NCBI GenBank assembly: GCA_963926085.1
Contig: CAWUWV010000276.1
Span: forward strand, 1-32,457
DNA length: 32,457 nucleotides
Reading direction: 5' to 3'
From: an uncultured Alphaproteobacteria bacterium
Lineage (GTDB): Bacteria > Pseudomonadota > Alphaproteobacteria > Bin95
Shown here: positions 26,755 to 32,457 of the stretch, piece after piece
Layout: each line of letters begins with the position of its first letter
Position numbering within the stretch: position 1 is the stretch's first letter
Program-made: the position numbers and the translations under genes
The notes under the pieces: model-generated
Told to the model about the DNA's origin: nothing
The model's database searches: none
The model's input: only the letters and a program-made list of their open reading frames with translations

Positions 26755-26873
26755 ATATCGACATCGTAAAGCCGCTCCGAACCGCGCGTTCTATAGCATT
26801 CAAGCCCACTGCGAAAGGCCTGGGCGCCTGGAATCGCGCTTGCAGCCATATTTATCACGCAATCCGCTACTGT

Positions 26874-29228
26874 TTAGGTCGTTTGTGCACGCCAGATAAC
26901 ACGTGCAGCGGCATCCAATATGGCATCTGCGTCGATACGCAGCGTGCGATATAAGTCGGGCAGATTGGCGGATTGCCCAAAGCCCTCAACGCCAAGTGTG
27001 GCCACATCCCTACCCGAAGCGGCACCAATCCACCCGAGCGTCGCTGGATGCGCGTCACAGATGGTGACAAGGCCAGCACCCAGCGGTGCAGCGTCAAGCA
27101 ATGTGCGGACGTGAGCGTGGTCCAGCCGATTCGCGCGCTCAGCCCGAAGCCAATCCTCATGCAAAAGGTCCGGCGACGTTATGACCAACACGCCGGCGTC
27201 CGGGCAGTCTTCCAACAGGGCAGCATGGGCCTCTAAGGCTTCAGGAACCACAGCGCCCATGGCGGCGATGATGATATCCGCTGATTTTCCAGGCGGTTTC
27301 AGCCAATACGCACCCTTCAGAACGGCCTGCTTTAGGCTCGCATCCATCTGGCGCTGGGGCTGCTCCAACCCTCTGGTCGAGAGGCGGAGGTATGAGGAGA
27401 CGCCATCATCAGACAGCATTCCCTCGAATCCCGCCTGCATAATGACGGCCAGCTCGTCCACATAAGCCGGTTCATAACTGTGCAGATTAGGCAGACCCAT
27501 GCCGATGAGCGAGGTTGTCTGGCTTTGGTGCGCGCCGCCCTCTGGTGCAAGCGTCACACCCGAAGGCGTGCCGACAACCATGAACTTGGCACCCTGATAC
27601 AGCGCATAAATCAGTGCATCCAGACCGCGCGCGACAAAAGGATCGTAGAGCGTTCCGACCGGCAGCAACCGCCGTCCAAAAAGTGGTTCGGTCAGCCCAA
27701 GGGCCGCCAATGCCAGGAACAAATTATTTTCTGCGATGCCTAATTCCAGGTGTCGGCCTTCCGGCTTTTCTTCCCAACGCTGCGTGGACGGCACGTTTTC
27801 CGCCTTGAAGACATCCGCCTTCGGCTTTCGGCTGAACACGCCGGTGCGATTGACCCATCCGCCAAGATTGGTTGAGACCGTGACATCAGGCGAAGTCGTC
27901 ACGATTCGCTCCGCCAGCTCACCGCCATTCCGGGCGACCTCAGCCAGGATGCGGCCAAAGCCTTCCTGGGTAGACGCCTTTGCTGATCCTTTAACTGCAA
28001 GGTCAGGCACCGCGATCTCTGCCTTTTTAATGGGCGGTGCGGTTTTCCGGGCAATGAAAGGCGCGGATTCGACAAGCGTTTGCAATGCCGCGGCTTGATC
28101 ATCCACGCCAGCCCACGGCTCCCATTCAGCACCGTCCGGCACATTGCGGACGGCCTTAAATGTCGCCATCTGGTCGACCGTCATAAGCCCGGCATGATTG
28201 TCCTGGTGCCCTGCGAGTGGTAAGCCGAAGCCTTTGGTCGTGTAGGCGATGAAGCATGTTGGCGCATCTGTTTTGGCTGCCTCATCGAAGGCTTCCATGA
28301 GGGTTTCGAGGCAATGACCGCCCAAATCCTCCATCAACCGCGCCAGCGTTGCGTCATCCCGCTTTTCCAGAATGGCGCGAATACCGGGCTTATGGCTAAT
28401 TTCATCCTCAATCCGTTCCCGCCAAGCCGCACCGCCTTTGAATGTCAGCGCAGAATAGGTGCTATTGGGGCATTCATCGATCCATGTACGCAGCGCCTTG
28501 CCGCCAGCCTCAGCAAATGCTGCTAGCTGCCGCTTGCCGTATTTCAGCTCAACGACATTCCAGTCCATAGCTTTGAATAAGCCCATGATCCGGTCAAACA
28601 GGTCGTCATTGACGACGCTATCCAAGCTTTGGCGATTGTAATCAATCACCCACCAGACATCGCGAACGTCGTGCTTCCAGCCCTCCATCAGGCATTCAGC
28701 GATATTGCCCTCGTCCAATTCCGCATCACCGACGATTGCGACCATGCGGCCAGGTTCTTCACCGGCAGCGGGGTTCTTCAGGCCTTGGTGCGCGGCCACA
28801 TAATCCTGCGCCAGGGACGCAAACACCGTCATCGCAGCACCCAAACCAACAGAACCCGTGGAGAAATCCACGTCATCCGCATCTTTGCTGCGGGATGGAT
28901 AGGCCTGCGCGCCGCCAAGGGCACGGAAGCGCTCCAGCTTTTCACGGGATTGGCGGCCCATCAGATATTGGATCGCGTGATAGGCTGGGCTCGCATGGGG
29001 TTTCACGGCCACCCGGTCTTGGGGGCGCAGCGCATGGAAATACAGCGCGGTCAGAATTTGCGCGCATGATGCGCTCGACGCCTGATGCCCGCCAACCTTC
29101 AGGCCATCCAGGTTTGGGCGAATATGATTGGCGTTATGGATGATCCAGCTGGACAGCCAAAGCACCCGATCCGCCAATGTCTCCATCAGTTTCACGCGAT
29201 TTGATTGCGGCTTTGAATGATCAGACAT
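26874..29228 (-). CDS. Thiamine-diphosphate-dependent 2-oxoacid dehydrogenase E1 component, homodimeric AceE-like (transketolase superfamily)
   Basis: It is collinear with the remembered E. coli AceE from about residue 75 onward (GGHQASSAS vs GGHMASFQS; FRALGGAQAYPS; STGSVGLGAA). The ThDP motif is GDAELDEGN...WVIDYNRQSLD. GGGGAG lies 9 nt upstream of the ATG at 29228, which encodes 784 aa. Confidence 0.8.
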   Translation of the reverse strand: MSDHSKPQSNRVKLMETLADRVLWLSSWIIHNANHIRPNLDGLKVGGHQASSASCAQILTALYFHALRPQDRVAVKPHASPAYHAIQYLMGRQSREKLERFRALGGAQAYPSRSKDADDVDFSTGSVGLGAAMTVFASLAQDYVAAHQGLKNPAAGEEPGRMVAIVGDAELDEGNIAECLMEGWKHDVRDVWWVIDYNRQSLDSVVNDDLFDRIMGLFKAMDWNVVELKYGKRQLAAFAEAGGKALRTWIDECPNSTYSALTFKGGAAWRERIEDEISHKPGIRAILEKRDDATLARLMEDLGGHCLETLMEAFDEAAKTDAPTCFIAYTTKGFGLPLAGHQDNHAGLMTVDQMATFKAVRNVPDGAEWEPWAGVDDQAAALQTLVESAPFIARKTAPPIKKAEIAVPDLAVKGSAKASTQEGFGRILAEVARNGGELAERIVTTSPDVTVSTNLGGWVNRTGVFSRKPKADVFKAENVPSTQRWEEKPEGRHLELGIAENNLFLALAALGLTEPLFGRRLLPVGTLYDPFVARGLDALIYALYQGAKFMVVGTPSGVTLAPEGGAHQSQTTSLIGMGLPNLHSYEPAYVDELAVIMQAGFEGMLSDDGVSSYLRLSTRGLEQPQRQMDASLKQAVLKGAYWLKPPGKSADIIIAAMGAVVPEALEAHAALLEDCPDAGVLVITSPDLLHEDWLRAERANRLDHAHVRTLLDAAPLGAGLVTICDAHPATLGWIGAASGRDVATLGVEGFGQSANLPDLYRTLRIDADAILDAAARVIWRAQTT

Positions 29229-29342
29229 GGTGGCGGTCTCCCCGAAATATATCGCCCGAGTATAGCTGGGTTCAATCAATGCATTCTTGTTTTCTTGCGC
29301 ACGTACAGCTCATAATTTGCGCATTCATGCTAAAATCTATTA

Positions 29343-29825
29343 ATGAATAGCCATATCATGCCAAATATAACGACAGACCAGACAGACTTGCGGATCCTTC
29401 GGGCGCTACAGGCAGATGCCAGCCTCAGCAATGTGGCACTCGCACAGATCGTAGGATTGTCGCCATCACCCTGCCTACGTCGGGTGCGCGCGCTGGAGGC
29501 TGCGGGCGTGATCCGCGGCCGCGCCGCCATCATCGACGCCGCTGCAGTCGGATTGCCCGTCAGCGTCTTCTTGCAAGTCACATTGGAGCGCCAGACCGAA
29601 GTCAATCTGGAAGCGTTTGAATCCGCCGTGACGGACGCTCCAGAAGTCATGGAATGCTACCTGATGACAGGCGACGCGGATTACCTTCTCCGCGTCGTCG
29701 CCCCTGACCTAGACGCGTATCACCGCTTCCTGATGGACCGCCTGACTAGCCTTCCTGGCGTTGCCAATATCAAATCCAGCTTCGCACTTAGGCAGGTTAA
29801 ATATGGCTACTCTCTGCCTATCTAA
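29343..29825 (+). CDS. Lrp/AsnC-family transcriptional regulator
   Basis: The HTH region is LRILRALQADASLSNVALAQIVGLSPSPCLRRVRALEAAGVI. The RAM/AsnC C-terminal domain reads ..ECYLMTGDADYLLRVV..D..AY..F. The start could be 29358. Confidence 0.9.
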   Translation: MNSHIMPNITTDQTDLRILRALQADASLSNVALAQIVGLSPSPCLRRVRALEAAGVIRGRAAIIDAAAVGLPVSVFLQVTLERQTEVNLEAFESAVTDAPEVMECYLMTGDADYLLRVVAPDLDAYHRFLMDRLTSLPGVANIKSSFALRQVKYGYSLPI

Positions 29826-29827
29826 GC

Positions 29828-31423
29828 CTATCGCTTAGCCAGCGCCTTGATGCCATTTGAGACCGGGATGATGCGGTCTGGTGCGGAGTAGGATTCGTGG
29901 TTTTGATCGATCTCTGAGAGCTTGTAGAGATAGTTGATCATCATTCCCGCAGACTGGCGCATGCCATTGCCGGACTGGTCGCCCAGCCAGTTTAGCCGCT
30001 CCATCCGCGCACCATTGGAGAGATGGAAATGGGCAACCGGATCGAGTGCACGACCACCCCGGCCCTTGCGGTTTAGCAAGTAGTCGGAGGCTAAGCGGAG
30101 CATGGGGGGTGCCAGCGCTGCAGCTAGGCCCGTGTCCTCGCTCCAGTACTCAATGGCGAGGGCGGCGGTGATGAGGTCTTGATCGGATAGGTCATCATCC
30201 AGCGGTTCGGGCGGATCGCCAGCATCGAGTGCCGCCGTTTCGCCCTCACCAGACAGGCCCGCATTAGCAGCCGCAATCGCAGCGCTGAGCGCCTTGCGCT
30301 CATCCGATGTCAGCGATGTCGCTTCGATCTCATCCGGCTTCGCGCTCATCCAGCGCGCGAGGCCCGGTATCGGCGATAGCGTCGCGAAGTTCTTCAGGTT
30401 CGGCAATTCTTGCGACAAGGCCGCAACAACGCGCTTGATCAAGAAATCGCCAAAGGAAATGCCGGCGAGGCCCTTTTGCGCATTAGAGATGGAATAGAAA
30501 ATGGCGGTGTCCGCCCGGGCTGGGTCCCCGGCGGGCTTATCCATATCCAGAAGCTCCCCCACATCGCCAGCGATGCCTTGGACTAGCGCCACTTCGACAA
30601 AAATCAGCGGCTCATCAGGCATGCGAGGATGGAAGAAGGCGTAGCAACGACGATCCGAATCAAGTCGATTCTTCAGATCGTCCCATGAGCGAATGCGATG
30701 CACCGCTTCATATTCGATCAGTTTTTCCAACAGTGCTGCAGGTGCGCCCCAATCAATTTGCTGAAGCTGGAGGAAGCCCACATCAAACCAACTGGCGAGC
30801 AGGCGTTGCAGGTCTTGCTGGAGTGGCGTCAGTACAGGTGTTTCACGCTGCCAGCCAAGCAATTCAGCCCGCATATCAACGAGGAATTTCACGCCCTCAG
30901 GTAAAGCGTTAAACTGGCGAAGCACGCGGACTCTTGGGGCTTGCAGCGCGTCGCGAAGGCGGGTTTCGGCCTTCATTCGCGCGTCGCCATCTTCAGCGCT
31001 TTGAACATCCTGGATTGCCGCATCCACGGCGGCACGGTCTACGGCGAAGCGTTCTACGAGCAGTACGGCGAAGCGGCGGCGGCCATCCTCATTCAGACCC
31101 AAATACGCCTGACCGATGGCGGCGGCGCGTGCGCGGGCCGCGACCTCCCCGCCCCGGCTGTCGACGCATTCCTGGAAGGCTGCGAGCAGGCGTTCCTCGT
31201 CGGTTTCCGGCAAGTCCGCCTTGAGATTGATTTCATTGTCCCGCCGACGCGGGCCGATTTCTTTGACCGTGCGCGCAATTTGCGCCCAGGCGCGATTGAG
31301 GACGCTGCTTGGCGCTGTCTCGGGCGCTGCAATTTGGTCCCTCATGTCGCCAGTGTCTCCAACATATGATGCGCCGCCCCCGAAGGCTGCGACAGGTCTG
31401 CGGATATGCGAAAAGAAACTCAT
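29828..31423 (-). CDS. Malonyl-CoA decarboxylase family protein
   Basis: Family signatures present are FFHPRMPDEPLIFVEVAL, FYSISNAQKGLAGISFGDFLIKRVV, FATLSPIPGLARW and VAHFHLSNGARMERLNWLGDQSGNGMRQSAGMMINYLY. Confidence 0.85.
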   Translation of the reverse strand: MSFFSHIRRPVAAFGGGASYVGDTGDMRDQIAAPETAPSSVLNRAWAQIARTVKEIGPRRRDNEINLKADLPETDEERLLAAFQECVDSRGGEVAARARAAAIGQAYLGLNEDGRRRFAVLLVERFAVDRAAVDAAIQDVQSAEDGDARMKAETRLRDALQAPRVRVLRQFNALPEGVKFLVDMRAELLGWQRETPVLTPLQQDLQRLLASWFDVGFLQLQQIDWGAPAALLEKLIEYEAVHRIRSWDDLKNRLDSDRRCYAFFHPRMPDEPLIFVEVALVQGIAGDVGELLDMDKPAGDPARADTAIFYSISNAQKGLAGISFGDFLIKRVVAALSQELPNLKNFATLSPIPGLARWMSAKPDEIEATSLTSDERKALSAAIAAANAGLSGEGETAALDAGDPPEPLDDDLSDQDLITAALAIEYWSEDTGLAAALAPPMLRLASDYLLNRKGRGGRALDPVAHFHLSNGARMERLNWLGDQSGNGMRQSAGMMINYLYKLSEIDQNHESYSAPDRIIPVSNGIKALAKR

Positions 31424-31482
31424 AAAAGATGGATAGGTTCAACCCGTTACAATCGCATTACAGATAGGCAAAAACTTGGGGG

Positions 31483-31938
31483 CTACTTCCGTTTGCGCAG
31501 TGGCGAGACTTTGAATGCTACGTCGAGCGGCCCTGCATTTTCAAACACCAACCGCACTTTGATCTCATCATTGGCCTTCAATTGCTGTTTCAGGCCGATA
31601 AACATGAGATGCGCACCGCCGGGTTGCAGCTCGTAGCTGTCATTGGCTGGGATCACCAAACCATCTGGCAACTCGTGCATCTGGATGACATCACCATCTC
31701 GCTTCATCATGTGAATCTCTGTCATGGATGAGCAAGCGCACTCTGCGGATACGAGCCGGTCTGCGGCACCCTTGTTTTCAATCGAGAGATATCCGGCCCC
31801 TGTCGGCACGCCTTTTGGTGTTGCGCGGCTCCAAGGGTGGTCGATGCTGATGTCGCCAGCCTTATAGCTATGTGCGGCAGCAGGCAGTGCAGTGAGCGCA
31901 AGAATGAGAGCGACGGCGCGGCTGGCAGATTTCAACAT
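31483..31938 (-). CDS. Periplasmic copper chaperone PCu(A)C (DUF461 family)
   Basis: Signal peptide MLKSASRAVALILALTALPAAAHS is followed by I.I.HPWSRATP..GAGYL.I.N.G....L........TEIHMM......MHEL..GL.IPA.....L.PGG.HLMF.GLK..L, which includes the H(M)x10Mx21HxM-type copper motif region. The start at 31938 has GGAG 7 nt upstream. Longer ORF-track starts would overlap the upstream gene. Confidence 0.8.
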   Translation of the reverse strand: MLKSASRAVALILALTALPAAAHSYKAGDISIDHPWSRATPKGVPTGAGYLSIENKGAADRLVSAECACSSMTEIHMMKRDGDVIQMHELPDGLVIPANDSYELQPGGAHLMFIGLKQQLKANDEIKVRLVFENAGPLDVAFKVSPLRKRK

Positions 31939-31993
31939 CTGGAGACTCCATGCAGGTGGTTTCATCAGATATGGCGCGCGAAGGTTAAAATTC

Positions 31994-32457
31994 CTATGCG
32001 GCCATCTGCGCCCGCCAATAAGGCACGCCTTTGCTGGCTGCATGTTGCGCGCCACGCTCCGCCAAAAGCGCCTGGGCCAACGGCTTTCGGCCTGCTTTGA
32101 CGGCGGAATCGATCAGCGCCTGCGCATAAAGGTCACGCTGGGCATGGCTACCGCCAACACGGCTCCAATCTTCCATGCAGCTAAGGAACCCATCACAAGC
32201 GCGGGCATAATCTCCATTGAAATAGGCTTGCACCGCGTCCGCCAGCGGCAAGGTGGCGTCTTGGGTGAGCTTGGCACCCCACCCGTCGCCATCTGCCCGT
32301 TCAGCCAGTGTTTGCCGGTGGCGCGCAACGGCTTCGCCGCGTCCCGTGCGGTTCAATGCGGCGGCGATATGTGTATCGGTGAAGGCGAGCAATTGATCGT
32401 CCAGGATTGTTTCCGCCTGTCCCGCCATAACCTCCCACCGGTCGCCAACATCGACGC
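31994..32457 (-). CDS. TPR protein, TTC38-like family, C-terminal part (5' end lies outside the window)
   Basis: The frame stays open from the ATG at 32428 to the window edge (..VDVGDRWEV-MAGQAE..). The stretch W.RVGGSHAQRDLYAQALIDSAVKAGR resembles the conserved TTC38-family helix as I remember it. The family call is tentative. Confidence 0.5.
   Translation of the reverse strand, partial: VDVGDRWEVMAGQAETILDDQLLAFTDTHIAAALNRTGRGEAVARHRQTLAERADGDGWGAKLTQDATLPLADAVQAYFNGDYARACDGFLSCMEDWSRVGGSHAQRDLYAQALIDSAVKAGRKPLAQALLAERGAQHAASKGVPYWRAQMAA

Noticed and set aside
29822-29838. Hairpin CTAAGC/GCTTAG spanning the convergent lrp and MCD stop codons, as a bidirectional terminator
   Set aside because: The stem is 6 bp and AT-containing, with no flanking T/A tracts, so it is too weak to call a terminator. 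It is mentioned only as context.
1-32457. CRISPR arrays, transposases or IS elements, integrases, prophage genes, toxin-antitoxin pairs or known defence systems
   Set aside because: Visual scanning found no repeat-spacer periodicity and no recognisable nuclease, recombinase or defence motifs in any frame. The region is syntenic housekeeping DNA.

Overview
This window looks like a moderately GC-rich chromosomal core region. Gene order and protein sequences resemble Alphaproteobacteria; that assignment is an inference, made without a database search.

Gene content, left to right:
- the 3' part of ettA, an orphan soluble PAS histidine kinase, a small exported protein and an ion-transporter-superfamily permease
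- a form-II CO-dehydrogenase-like molybdoenzyme cluster, coxG-coxS-coxL-coxM
- a very large YdbH/AsmA-like envelope protein
- a minus-strand block of dapB, an MFS transporter, an RraA-like gene and yhhQ
- a secreted cyclase-family gene
- the conserved proteostasis block tig-clpP-clpX-lon-hupB, with tRNA-Leu, tRNA-Val and tRNA-Asp interspersed
- an AceE-like thiamine-diphosphate E1 enzyme divergent from an Lrp/AsnC regulator
- a malonyl-CoA decarboxylase, a PCu(A)C copper chaperone and a partial TTC38-like TPR gene

I found no CRISPR array, transposase, integrase, phage gene or recognisable defence system, and I cannot support a claim of a new multi-gene system here.

The strongest observations are gene-integrity anomalies that the ORF track hides:
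- The cyclase-family gene is interrupted by two in-frame TAA codons, and homology-like sequence continues across both.
- coxL is split by a 1-nt frameshift immediately upstream of its AYRGAGR active-site signature.

Secondary oddities:
- CoxG carries a Pro/Ala-rich linker and a C-terminal membrane anchor.
- An SDR gene sits between two tRNA genes and lacks the canonical Ser/Tyr catalytic positions.
- The N-terminally short E1 enzyme has no E2/E3 partner in the window.
- The YdbH-like gene lacks ynbE/ydbL partners and overlaps yhhQ tail to tail by 26 bp.

All family assignments rest on motifs read by eye and remembered family signatures. They need a BLAST/HMM check.
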